64,000 bases of DNA from Eledone cirrhosa (taxonomy: Eukaryota). Positions within the stretch are counted from its first letter, which is position 1, and the number at the start of each line of letters is the position of its first letter. The stretch covers positions 165,540,001 to 165,604,000 of the forward strand of contig OZ024743.1 in assembly GCA_964016885.1 (NCBI GenBank), in the 5' to 3' direction. Under the pieces are notes generated by a model. That model saw only the letters and a program-made list of their open reading frames with translations. It searched no databases and was not told the origin of the DNA. The position numbers and the translations under genes were made by a program. This document shows, piece by piece, positions 1 through 16,290 of this stretch.

Positions 1-17
1 GGGACTGTGCTTGCAGG

Positions 18-1159
18 TTAGTTTGTTGTTCTTGTTTTGGTTGTGTTTGCGTGTTGTTGTTGTTGTTGTTGTGGTGGTGGTGGTGGTGGTTGTGTTGTTG
101 TTTTGGGTGTTGGCAGTAGTACCTCTTTTTTTTTTGTTAACTGAGGACAGTAAGCCTTCAGGTGACCACTGCTTAAACAGTGGTAACATGAAGACCGCCT
201 ACTCTCAACAGAAATGTTTATGTGTGAAATTCCATCCAGAGGCACACGTTGGGGTATTTTAGCTATCCGTTCTGGCCTCATTTGGACCAGAACTTCCATG
301 CTTGTACCATTGAATGTGCCTCTGGAGGACTTTCCCACCGAAATGATGGTGTCTTCGTCGAAATCGATGAAGCCAGTTAGAATCCACCAGACGTTTACAT
401 TTGGTGCAATGTTCAAAATTTTTATTTTTTGAGTTCTTTTTCCCATATATGTGGGGAAAAAGGTGTAAAGGGGGGGGGGGGCACAATCGGCGATACAGAA
501 TATTTTTGTGCTGTCAATTGGTCTTTCAACAACACCGAAATGCTTCCAAAAAGTTTCCCATTTTGGATGAAGGCAATATCCTTCATGGAATTCTTCAGAA
601 CCAGTTCAATATCGTTTTGGGATAACTGAACTCGTTTTTTCGACACATTTGAAACCGTCCTAAAAATTACTGTTTTTAGAACAGTTTCTCTGCGTAACTG
701 TTGAGGAGAAGTGATGCTGAAAGCACCACTCTCACCAAAAGTTACGTACTGTTTTGCATCGCTTAACATTTCCCTAGCATTGGAAATGTCAAGGTATGTG
801 AACAGTTCCGTCTTTTGGACGGTTTGAGCAAAAGAAATCTTTTCCTTGTTCGTGGAGTTGTTCGTGTTGCTGTTGTTGTTGGTGGTGTTGTTGTTATCAT
901 TGTTGCTGTTGTTGTTCTTATTGTCATTATTGTTGTTGTTGTTGTTGTTGTTCTGGTTGGTGTTGTTTATATTTTGCATGTTATTGGTGTTTGTGTTAGT
1001 GTTGATGTTACAATCAACGTCCGACATCGTGTTCCCAAAACTGACGACATTTTCGATGTCTTTCAATGAGGTGGTGAGAGGAGGTGACTGCGAGCTTAAC
1101 ACTCTTACCGCATCTCCACCACTTCTAGTTATGAACGCAGCGTTCATGACTGAATGCAA
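18..1159 (-). mobile_element. Gag-like ORF1 of a non-LTR retrotransposon (probably Tx1/L1-like), frameshifted; runs off the window start
   Basis: ORFs 422-1159 and 18-446 join across a poly-G run (~470-481). CCHC knuckle CYHCLSSGHLKAYC follows an RRM-like segment; poly-N and poly-Q low-complexity tracts are present. Confidence 0.7.
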
Positions 1160-1363
1160 GGTTTGTTTACACTTTTTTTTTCACCGGCGAAATTTTTTTC
1201 AAAACGAAAATTTCACCCCAGAGTGGGGTGAAGATGACTTGACCCACCGTCTGAAAGTCCAGACGTGGGTCAAGCTATAAAATAGTAATAAATTTAACAA
1301 TACATTTTTTATCTCTTACTTAGAAAATCAACAAAAACTTACCAGCGAACTGGCACACGTCTC

Positions 1364-4990
<3,627 letters not shown>

Positions 4991-5036
4991 TAGGGTAACG
5001 GAAAACGATAACACGCATATGTATACACACACACAT

Positions 5037-5079
<43 letters not shown>

Positions 5080-5083
<4 letters not shown>

Positions 5084-5974
5084 AAACTGAGGATGTCTGT
5101 CTCTGTGTGTGTGTGAGTTTGAATCCCTAAAACTCGAGAACCACCCAACCGACTGTTTTCAAACTTTACACATGTAATACTTATGTTTCAGGGAGTGTTC
5201 TGAGCCAAAAAGGTTTCAAATTTTCAATGCCCTAGGGACAGCATTGGGCGATTTAGCGATCTCTCTCTAAAATTCTTAGTCTTTCTCTTTTTAGATAGAT
5301 ACATACATATAACGTCGCGCCCTTATAATATCTGTCTGTATGTCTGGCTGTCTGCATTACGTCACTTCCCTGAGGATGTCTGTCTGTATGTGTGTGTCTG
5401 TGAGTTTGAATCCCTAAAACTCGAGAAGTACCCAACCGATATTTTTCAAACTTTACATGTGTATTACTTATGTTACAGGGAGTGATATACATTTTAAAAA
5501 ATTCAACATTTTGATCACCTAGGACCCGCATTAGGTGAAAAACTGCGTTTTTAAGCTTTTTAGGGCTTTTTGAGGCATTACATCAGACCGATTTCCTTGA
5601 AATTGTAACTATGTCTCTTCTTCATACTGTGAGCAAAGAAAATTCAACCTTTATAATGCTATTAGGTGAAAAACTTCATTTTTTCAGCTTTTGGGGGCTT
5701 TTTGGAGGCGTTACGTCTAGCCGATTTTCCCGAAATTTCAAAGCATATTATGCACATAAAAAAAATTCATTTTCTTGATCCCCTAGGGCCCGCATTAGCT
5801 GAAAACATGCATTTTCCTGCATCATCGAGGATAATCTTAAAGATTATCCAGCCATCAGACTATTCGGTTTATTTTCTTTACATATTGTCCAGGCATGCAG
5901 TTTTTCCACGATTAGGTCTGTTGGCGGCCCGCGTTCCAAAATACCTTATCCCGTGAAAAGCCGGGTACCACTGT
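5080..5974 (+). mobile_element. Probable non-autonomous Helitron-like element with duplicated 5' module
   Basis: CTGAGGATGTCTGT...GAATCCCTAAAACTCGAGAA occurs at ~5087 and ~5370. 3' hairpin CCCGTGAAAAGCCGGGTACC resembles the Helitron end at 40215-40241; terminal CTAG is degenerate. Confidence 0.5.
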
Positions 5975-5986
5975 ATATATATATGT

Positions 5987-6573
5987 GTCGGGTCACTCTT
6001 GAGTGCTACTGGTAACATGTAACGCAGTACAACCTGTAGCATGGTCGGGTCGTCGGCGACTAAACCGGCAACCCCACCAAGTTTACTTGGTGACGAGGGT
6101 GATTTTGGACACCCTGCAGGACAAAATACAAAACCTGACAACGGCCATCCGAAAGTGTGTAAATATGTATATGCACATGTACATATGTATGTATATGTAT
6201 ATGTGTATATACATGGGTGCCTGTGTATGTATATGCGCGGGGACATAGAAATAGTCCGGCTGGACACCCGATCGCGCGGTTAAACCACTGGGAGTGAAGG
6301 ACCCCTAGCCTTTTTCACGGCATTCTTCTAGGAGAAGGCAACTCAAGAAACTGGGATAACTCCGATATAAAAGCTGCGGCTCAGTAGTTACCGATGATGT
6401 TGATCTTTTCTTCTTTTCGGATTATAGCTACTGTCGCTTAGAGAGTGGGATTGGCTCAGTGCAGTCCTTCCCAACTTTAAAAAATATCTTCACGCACAGG
6501 CATTGCACGATAGAATTAATTAATAATGTTATATCGTGCAACAGCCATACTCGATGACGAGGAGGCAGCCATC
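5987..6573 (+). mobile_element. Non-coding retroposon (SINE-like) with RTE-type 3' tail
   Basis: 3' end CGTGCAACAGCCATACTCGATGACGAGGAGGCAGCCATC matches the RTE LINE 3' end at 55383-55421. The 5' part recurs on the minus strand at ~44700-44900 and ~45120-45415. Confidence 0.65.
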
Positions 6574-6761
<188 letters not shown>

Positions 6762-6798
6762 ATGTTTTGAGCAGGTTTGAAATTAGAAAATAGAATAG

Positions 6799-6991
6799 CT
6801 TTCACCGTATTTCTTTTTTTGACTAAAGAAATTTTAGTCTGATAATAGGGTTTAGAACCCTCAGATAAATGGAAAAAGATGAGTATTGACGTACATATAC
6901 GTCAATACTCATCTTTTTCCATTTATCTGATGGTTCTAAACCCCATTATCAGACTAAAATTTCTTTAGTAAAAAAAAATATACGGTGAAAG
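6799..6991. repeat. ~190-bp near-perfect palindrome
   Basis: CTTTCACCGTAT...GAGTATTGACGTA-CATA-TACGTCAATACTC...ATACGGTGAAAG; arms ~95 bp. Confidence 0.95.
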
Positions 6992-6994
6992 ATA

Positions 6995-7053
<59 letters not shown>

Positions 7054-7259
7054 TAAAATAACAGATTAAAGTTTAAGCAAAGGATCGCTGCTTTCACCCT
7101 TAACGTTTAATTAGGAATATACTCACTTATTTCCTAATGTTTGTTGAGTGAGTTGGAATTTGGCCGGAGCATCGCTAAAAGCTTTCTCGAATAATGTATT
7201 TATATATATATATATATATATACACACTCACATAATTATAAAACGGAGTTTATCAAATA

Positions 7260-8850
7260 GAATCGACACAGCCTCGGGCGTTTTCTCACTCTCACTTCAT
7301 AATTCAATTAAGTCTGTATTATTAAAACACAAACTCAAGAAATTAGAGTGCACACTTATACGTTAATTAGTGAGAAAAATGATTTTGTGTGGATAGGAAA
7401 GTTTGAGTTTTCCGTCCCGACTAATGCATTAGTTTCTGCGATTCCGATCTGCCGTGCGTAGAAATTAGGTAATGTTAGTAAACCATGTTTGTTGGCTGGA
7501 GTCACATCTTCGGCGGGGGTTAGCCTCCCTGGAATGGAGTGGTCTGATAAGCTATCTAGTACATCACACTGATGGACATCGGCAAGTACAGAAGTAACCT
7601 AGACTTTAAGGAATATGTGACTTCATTTCAACGTGGAGGTAAGCCAGTCCTGACCATTCACGTGAAACACGTTGGCACTGATTCAAATTGAAATAAATGA
7701 ACACACCAAAAGCATTCAGCGAGGACGCTTCTATAGAGTAAGGAAAAGCAGAGTTGCAAACTATAAACAAATATATCGAATTAGAATAAAGAAAATACAA
7801 AAGTTCGACTTGCAACTTGAGGGTTAGTCCACTGGGAGTAACATTTTTATTTTATTTTACATCCAGAATAAATAATTGTTTAATAATAAAAATAAAAAAA
7901 TTATAAACAAATCTATTTCAAATATCAACAACACAACAGATATTTAAAACCGGGAAATGAAGGGAAGGGCAAGGGCTCTGGGATCACAGAAGAATGGGAG
8001 GGGAGGGTGATGGGTTCTAGGCTTAGTGTGCGACGGTGTTGTGGCTGCGCCCCACAGACAAGACCATAAAAGTATTTCCACGGACAATGACCAGCGACAC
8101 CCGCTGCAACAACCACCCCACCTCACGGGGATCTTTCCTCAGATGAATGCTGACGTTCCGATCTTGCGGAGGAGCTCAGCAGTGCAGGGATCAAGTACGC
8201 GTGACGTCTCGATGGTGACCGGTGCGAAAAGGAAGCGGCCGGACAATTCCCAGTATTTGTTTGCCTTCCTTTTCTCTGCATTGCGGGCCGCAGTACCGGG
8301 GTTTGTGACCGAAGCGATTAAGTTCGAGGCAAAGAATGTGTCGCAACATGTGGCGTCCCAAATAAGGACTCTACCTCCTTCGAATGGGAAGAGAGTAATT
8401 CCGTCAGTGCGCTTGCCGTCTCAGCGGTCGAGGCCTGGAATCGACACAGCCACAGTCGCTTTCTCATTCACTGAATAATTTAATTAAGTCTGTATTATTA
8501 AAACACAAACGCAAGAAATTATAGTACACACTTATACGTTATTTAGTGAGATAAACGATTTCGTGAGAGTAGGAAATATGATTTTCCGATCCCGGATTAA
8601 TGCATTAGTTTCTATAATTCCGATCTTCCAGCGGTAGCCCAAATGGGACCACCGTGCGCAGAATTTAGGTAGTGTCAGTAAACATTACGTAAGTTATCTG
8701 GAATCAGGTATTCAACGGGGGTTATCCTCTCTGGAATATATGGAGAGGTCCAATTAGCTATCCAGTACACCGCACTGATGGACATTGGTGAGTATAGAAG
8801 TAACCTAGACCTTCAGTGACTCGTGACTTCACATCAACATAGAGTACTAC
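7260..8850. repeat. Two diverged direct copies (~7260-7640 and ~8438-8850) of an unclassified repeat
   Basis: Both begin GAATCGACACAGCC and share AATTAAGTCTGTATTATTAAAACACAAAC, TAATGCATTAGTTTCT and AGAAGTAACCTAGAC. Confidence 0.85.
7880..8437 (-). mobile_element. 5'-truncated CRE-like non-LTR retrotransposon (RLE endonuclease end)
   Basis: Minus frame reads RTDGITLFPFEGGRVLIWDATCCDTF...AEKRKANKY...FAPVTIET, then WLLQRVSLVIVRGN after a frameshift. Confidence 0.75.
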
Positions 8851-8988
8851 AACAAGTGCATTGTGGGCAGAGGATCCTACTTTGAAAGAGATTAGAGTTT
8901 GTACTTCTTTGAAATTGATCAATGTCTTTCCCGATGAAGTCTGAAAACTTCCTGAATGCACCTTGTATATATAAAATAAAGTTATATA

Positions 8989-9156
8989 CCGTATTTCCCG
9001 GCGCTGAAGACGCTTCGTCCTCGAGGACGCAACTTTATTTTGACAACCAAAGTTTTGGAAAAAAATAATAAACAACCTTCGACCTCCATGAGGCATGGTA
9101 GATTTTTGAGACTTATTTTATGAAAAAAATTGCGTCTTCGACGCCGGGAAATACGG
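8989..9156. mobile_element. Tc1/mariner-pogo type MITE
   Basis: TIRs CCGTATTTCCCGGCG(CT)GAAGACGC / GCGTCTTCGACGCCGGGAAATACGG, flanked by TA on both sides. Confidence 0.85.
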
Positions 9157-9493
9157 TATACACAAAAGAAATAACTTAAACTGCGTGTACTCATTTTTAG
9201 TATATAAACAAGCCAAATGGGAAAAACATTTTTCAAGCCTAGTTGGGTTTTCCTGAGAAGGTATGTATATCAACAACTACAAGGAAACACATAATTCAGG
9301 GGCTTATATACCCTATCACTTATAGTAGTATCCTGAAATTGACGTAACAATTTGCATAACATTAGCACCGATTTTGAGAGTTAATTAGAGTTAATCAACA
9401 CTTATATTACGTTGAGTGTTAAGCAGCCGAAATATATGATAAAGCTATATCTGTGTATAATCAGAATATATATAAGCACATACGCACACAGAG

Positions 9494-9563
<70 letters not shown>

Positions 9564-9878
9564 ATATATATATATATTTGTTTGTGTGTGTGTATGTATA
9601 ATAACATAATAATAAAAAGACGATTTGTTATATTTTCATTGCGTTTATTGATCGGTGACGTGCGTTTCGCTATTGATCAGCTCAAGGTTCGATTTGTATC
9701 AATTTCGCCCAACTCTAGAATGAAAAGCTCGTAGGACCTCTGCTGTGGTAATGACAGAATGAACCACGTTACACTCTGGATATATATATATATATATATA
9801 TATATACTGTCCAGAAATAGCCGTCAAAACGGCTTGAGCTCTGCCGTTGGGGGTCATACTTTTTCATATATATATATA

Positions 9879-10059
<181 letters not shown>

Positions 10060-10062
<3 letters not shown>

Positions 10063-12360
10063 CTTCTTCTTGAGACATCTCGCCATCGAACGTGAAGCAT
10101 ACACAAAGTTATTGTTCCAGAATTCACGATTTCTCATCGCAGCAAGATCACATTCCGTGAGGCCAACAGAGTCCCAATAATTGTGTTTGGACGTCCTACT
10201 CGGCGCTTGCATCAGAGAAGCAGTTTCCCTGCAATGTTCATCATGGCAGAAAACGTGACCAGCAACATCCATGTGATGGGATCGAACTTTCGATGAAACT
10301 AATGGCTGGTCACCATAAAGAACCTTGTTGGTATTGTGACTTTGCCACGAAATGTTGAACACCACATATAACATCTTGGTGTAGGAACCATCAAGTCTCT
10401 TTGATCGAGTGACACTGAAAGTCCATGACTCCGAACCATAAAGCAAGATGGCCTCAACAGTGGTCTTGAAGAGCATGTACATCGTAGATCTTGGGATGGG
10501 AGCTTTCCATACATTTTGTAGTGAATTTATTGTACTCAATGCTTGACTACTTCTGTTGTTCATATCATACTCAAAGTCAATATAACCACCCAGATATCAA
10601 AAATCATGAACCAGTTTGTTTAATAGGTGAACCGTCAGAAGCATGTAGTTGACAGACAGGGGATGGATTCAAAAGCATAGATTTAGTCTTCGAAGCACTG
10701 AGGAACAAACCCACATCCTAGCAGAGAGGAAGACCTTAGTTGCTTCGATGGTATCCTCCAGAAGAGCGATGTCATCTGTATAGTCAAAATCCGGGAGCAC
10801 AATAACTTGATGACGGCGACTTCGACGTCTCTTGGTGGTTATACCGTCACTATCTGTGATGGCAATGCGAAGGACGTAGTCCAAACATATAAATAGGTAC
10901 AGAGTAAGTGGATCACGCTGCAGATTACCTGTATCGATTGTAATCATTGTAAACATGCTGGTTTCTTCCCCAGGTGTAAGGACAACAGGTGAGATATTCT
11001 CATACATGACACGAATAGCAACAACTGCATCCGGAAGAATTCGATAAGCTTCAAGAATCAGGAAAAGTTTGGTACGATCAACTAAATCAAAAGCTTTACG
11101 GAAATAAATAAACGTTAGAACTGCTTCCTTATCATAATTCTTAAGCTCCTCAACAATTTTCGGAGACCGTTTTTATTTGGTCGAAGAACTGCGTCAATAA
11201 CTGGACAGATTCTTTTCAGCAAACAACGATTGTAAATCTTGGAGGCAACCTGAGTGAGAGATATGCCTCAGTAGTTGTCTGTGAAACACAGACCCCCTTT
11301 TTTTGGAATTGGAGAAAGACCTGATACACCCCACTCATTAGGTTGATTGCCATTGTATTTTCATTGCAGAGCGTCTGAAGAACAGTCTTCATCTTGGGGA
11401 GTTTCCAGAACTTTAGTGGTAGGCCATCAAGATTAGGAGCTTTCCCATTTTTTATTTGACGGACTACTAAGCTGATTTCATCTTGATAGAACTCTCCATG
11501 TTTGATGCTATATTAATTTCAGCAAAAGTTGGAACATTTAAGAGGTTTTTGAAATTATTCTTTCATATCTTAAGGCATGATTTACCCTCGACAAAGATGA
11601 CACTTCGAGTTTTTTTTCCGGAATGCTCCTTAACCAGATTCCAGTCATCCCACGTGACAGCTGGGGTAGTAGGATGTTCAAAGGAAAGTAGGATATTATT
11701 TATCTTTTTGTCCTTAGAACTGTCATAAATCTCGCATAGAGTGTTCTCCGAATCTTGAATGTCTCCGATAGAAGCATGAAGGTTTCCTTTCGAGCAGCTG
11801 CAACCTCATGCTAATGAACATTTCCTTCAGAGAAGGAAAAAGATATGGCGTTGTCAATATTGTCAGCGAGATTGGGGTCAGCTGCAACAGCGCGCCAGAA
11901 TAGGTTCTTCTTTTTAGAAGGCTGAGGTTTAGTGTTGCTTTAACTACATGATGGCCATTGCCAATTCCTGTTCCACCAACATTTACAATAAATGACGAGA
12001 TCTATCTAACTAAAATCGTTCCTTAGAGACCTGTAGATCCAGAGTTTGCTCATGTTTATCTGAAATGATAGGTTACCGATGATCAAATTACAATGGTGAA
12101 TGAAATCGATTAGGTACTGGCCATTTCTGTTGGTTGATTGGTGAAGACGGAAGCCATTGTTCACTTTAGCACTCATGTCTGACCCAATGAGTAACATAGT
12201 GTGTAGTAAGACTGTGTTAATTGTGTTGCTCAACTTTTGATAGATATTTCCAACTTCTATTTTCAGACATGACGTTGTGAGGAAGAAAACGAAAAAATCA
12301 CTGTAGTTTTCGAATTTCCTTTAAATGTGGCAACAAGAATGCGTTCATCAAAAGAAGAGG
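10060..12360 (-). mobile_element. Decayed RTE/RTE-X-like LINE (APE endonuclease and RT remnants)
   Basis: Fragments TNRNGQYLIDF, GISLTQVASKIYNR, DFDYTDDIALL and ILLYGSESWT...LDGSYTKML; many stops and frameshifts. Confidence 0.85.
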
Positions 12361-12450
12361 TACCAATTTACACACACACATATATATATATATAAAATAT
12401 TATAAAATAAGAAGGAATAATAGACACAATATATACCCATTTTTTCTTCG

Positions 12451-12541
12451 TCCCGACTGTACAATTTCGCTGGTCACTATGCAAAGATGTTATATCATAG
12501 ATATGTAACATTGTTGTGAGGTAAGCCAGCTTATCAAGGGA
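12451..12541 (-). ncRNA. Degenerate type I hammerhead ribozyme motif
   Basis: Minus strand TCCC-TTGATAA-GCTGG...CCAGC-GAAA-TTGTACAG-TC-GGGA. Stems I and II are intact; the core has two changes from CUGAUGA. Confidence 0.55.
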
Positions 12542-12807
12542 GCACCTCAGGGAAGAGCCCTAACTACATACGTCCGTAGCATGCGAGAAAATCTCAAAAA
12601 GGCGGAGGGAGACTCTATCACGTGATATACCGGTCAAGAAAGGGGATTAATCCCTTGTAGCAGTGAAACATATCTCAGAAGGCGGAGGGAGATATTGATA
12701 TGATACATAGGCTACAGAGGGGTTGTAAGGTTGACTAGTGTATATAGTGTTTGCTTGAAAGCAGTCACTATACTTCCGTGGTTACTCTACCGTGAGGGAG
12801 TTAGAGA

Positions 12808-13116
12808 CAATAATGAGAGGTATACAGATATATGTGTATACATACATATACATGTATATATAAACATATTTTTCACAAGTATGTGAGATTGTATGTTGTC
12901 GACCTTAACCAGTGTTGCTCTATGATTATGAGAGACAAGATAATCGAAATAATTAAATTGACACAATATCAGAGCTATGTAAAATATTATAAAATAAGAA
13001 GGAGCAACACTGGTTAAGGTCGACAACATACAATCTCACATACTTGTGAAAAATATATGTTTATATATACATGTATATGTATGTATGCACATATATCTGT
13101 ATACCTCTCATTATTG
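12808..13116. repeat. Inverted repeat, ~113-bp arms (12808-12920 / 13002-13116), ~80-bp spacer
   Basis: CACAAGTATGTGAGATTGTATGTTGTCGACCTTAACCAGTGTTGCTC and its exact reverse complement. Confidence 0.95.
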
Positions 13117-13303
13117 GTGGATTGGCAGTATCGGTAGAGAGTCGGACGCCATGCTTTCCAGCATAGTTACGTCCCTTTACGGTCTGAGTTCAAATCCCGT
13201 CGAGGTTAACTTTGCCTTTCATCCTTACGGGGTCGATAAAATAAAGTACCAGTAATGTACTGGGTAATTGCTGGCCTTGTGCCAAAAGTAGAAACAATTA
13301 TTG
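13115..13303 (+). mobile_element. tRNA-derived SINE with Meta/MESC-like central domain
   Basis: A-box-like TGGCAGTATCGG, B-box GAGTTCAAATCCC, central CTTTGCCTTTCATCCTTACGGGGTCGATAAAATAAAGTACCAG; seven related copies in the window. Confidence 0.85.
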
Positions 13304-13767
13304 TATATATATATATATACACACACACATGAAAAGACTGTGATTATGGCTGGAACACATTTGATCATATGTCTGCTCAATCAGGACTGACCTCAAGCTA
13401 AACTACTACTACTACTACTATGCACTAACATGACAGTTCCCATATTTCTTCCTCCTCTATGCTATCAAGCTTTTGTTATTTGGACACTTGTTTTATATTT
13501 AGATGTAATTAAGTATGGTCTTGATCATTGGGAGTTAATTAATGTGCTCATGGACACAAGGCACTGACGTTTACGAGGTAAAAATCACCAATCTCTCTCT
13601 ACTGCTTGTCCAATAACTGTTATTTGATTTTTTTCTCTTGTTGTTTAACTCCATGTCAGCCTTGATCGATCCGATCTGGGATCAAAGGCATTCTAGCAAT
13701 GATCATCATTGTGATTTAAAACTACAATTTCCAACACGTCCTTCATTTTGTATGTATATATGTATAT

Positions 13768-13873
<106 letters not shown>

Positions 13874-14565
13874 AATCTAATCTGACGCCTTAACCACTCT
13901 GCTAATTCGCCGCTTTGTTATCTACAGTGAAATATAACGCAACATTCGACGGTCGAATGAGGAAGCCTCTATATCACAGGTTCTCAACCTATTTCGGCCA
14001 TTTTTCAATATACTACTGATTCTGATATCAGTAGATAAAAATTGATTAACAATATTCCAAAGATACCATTGCAGGCAGTTGAGAGTATAAATACATTCCT
14101 TGAAAGGAAGTATATAAATTTCAAAAAAAGGAACATAAATGTTCTTTTTTATGAATAAGGACCAGTTGAATTTGTTATATTCCCACGAGGCGATACCAGC
14201 TATTTTGGATATTTATACACTCTGTCTATCCAAAAAGTGCTCACATCTATAGAAGAAAGTGGCAATTATATCATTTCAAAACTTTCCAATTTTCCCTTTA
14301 ATGAAACAGACAGAATAAATGTTGACATCTAACTTGATGTCCCCTCCGCTTTGTGAGGTTAGAGACAGCGGAAAAGGGTTTTCATGACCACGTGGGAGGG
14401 TATATTTATTAGTAAATGGTTAAATATATACAACAAATGAGTAAGTGAATTGTGGTAGATGGTTTCCAATCCAGTCAGACTGCGACTACAAATAAACAAA
14501 AAATTGTTAGTTTGCTTCGTAACAAGTTTTCGGATAAATCGACTTACTTTATCTTTGACTTCATT

Positions 14566-16290
14566 TCAATGGGACCCTTGAGCTTCATGGAGTCTAGCTA
14601 ACTCTTTGACGTCAGGTTGGATTTTCGTAAGATGTAGCCGGAAATCTCCACGTGTAATTACATTGTAGCGGTTGAGAGCCTTACTATGCAGTCTGGAAAC
14701 AGCGTCAAACCCGCTCTCGACTAAGTATGAGCTTGGAAAAGGCAGAGCAAATCTCTTAGCCTCTACATGTAGGAGTGGAAATCGACGCTGAATTTCCTCT
14801 TGCATCCCAAAAAAGGTGTTCACCTATTTTGGAAAATCTAATTTTGGTTATGTCATCTGTTTGAAGTTCAATGAATTCTTTCTGAAATTTAACGTCCACA
14901 TGGTCGACGTTAACTATGGCGGGATCTGCCATCCACATTGGGATATCCATCTGCAAAAGGTCAACCAACTGTTCTCTCATGTTTTCTTGTAGCGCACGGA
15001 GGTGAGCGGTATAAATTTGGATTTGGTCATCGCTCACAATGTTTTGAACATTGGCGACAATAGGAAAATTATAGAATTCCCGTCGACAAAGATTCCTTTC
15101 AATGACATTCAATTTGGCCAGGAATGTTTTCACAGCATTCCCTGCTTTAAGCAAGGTGATCTTCTTCCCCTGAAAATTCATAATGAGGCTTTTGCATTTG
15201 CCGAAGATGTCGACGAGGTAGGCGCAGTCTTGCCTCACATAGAGGGTTTTCTTGTACAGTTCTGTGTTGCGTCCTCGAAGGAACTTAATGATAGAGTCAA
15301 ATTGTTCAAAGAAGCGAGTAAGGCACTTGCCCTTTGAAAGCCACTTCACTTCTGTATTCTCGAATTCTTCGTCATTATTTTGGCACAATTTCCCGGAAAA
15401 TTCGTTCATTGAGGGCATGACATTTGATAAAATTGATGACATCAATGACCACCTGCAAGGACTTGCTCAGTGGCTCACTGAGTTTCTTCGCAGCCAAGTG
15501 TTGTCGATGAATGACACAATGAACAGCAAATACATATGGATTTTCTCTCTTCAGAAGAGTGACGAAATCCTTATGTTGGCTGACCATTGTTCTTGCGCCG
15601 TCCGTAGCACATGACACAATGTTGTTAAGAGGTATCGCTTTTTCTTTGACAGATTCAAAGATGGTGGCACCTTTAGTATCTGTGGCTAGATTCAAAGTTA
15701 AGAGGAGCTCCTCGTGCATTTCGTTTCCGTGGAAAAATCGCACGTATCCCAGTAGTAAGGACTGATTTCTGGAAAGCGTTCTTTCATCAAGCTGCAAAGC
15801 AAACTGTGTCGATTTCAAGATGCTGCATCATTTGTATTCAACATTTTCCGCCATTTCGTCTTTACTCAGCGGAATACATTTCAAGATCTTTAACGGGTTC
15901 TGATGTAGTACTGTTGAAAGAACTTCTGAGATGACAGGAGCTACCAATGTTTCACCCAAGGCTTGCCACACTTTGCAATTATGTTGGCAATGTTATAAGA
16001 TGCGACAAGTCCATCAACTTTTGAAAAGGCAGAAGAAATTAGTGTTGTTTTCTGAAATCAGTCCCTAAGAGTCTGAAAGTGTGTTAGATCTTTATATCTC
16101 TTATCGGGGTGCCTCATCTCCAGGTGTCTACACAAACGCGACGGCTTGATCGCCTCATTCGAAAAGGACTCCTTGCAAATTAAACACATAGGTGACAGGT
16201 GGTTCGACGGCAATGGGATGAATCCGAACCGTAAGTAATCAACGCTGTACTGCCTGCATTTTTTCTTCATTGCTGCGGCCATTTTCTGTT
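14566..16290 (-). pseudogene. Disrupted hAT (Buster/Charlie, ZBED5/8-like) transposase
   Basis: BED finger (RQYSVDYLRFGF...CLIC...KPSRLCRH...H), FALQLDE, CATDGA, HCVIHRQHLA, EVKWLSKG and FPSSYLVESGF, split over at least four frames. Possible TIR remnant CACAGGTTCTCAACC at 13975. Confidence 0.9.

Noticed and set aside
5987-6075. HDV-like ribozyme in the RTE-related head
   Set aside because: Could not fit the P3/P1.1 nested pseudoknot by eye.
8925-8950. CCGATGAAGTCTGAAAAC as a hammerhead
   Set aside because: No stems I or III.
9652-9684. Half hammerhead on minus (TGA-GCT..AGC-GAAA-CGCACG-TC)
   Set aside because: The 5' core and stem I are missing; at best a truncated relic.
13115-13205. tRNA gene
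   Set aside because: A/B boxes only, no cloverleaf; multi-copy SINE head.
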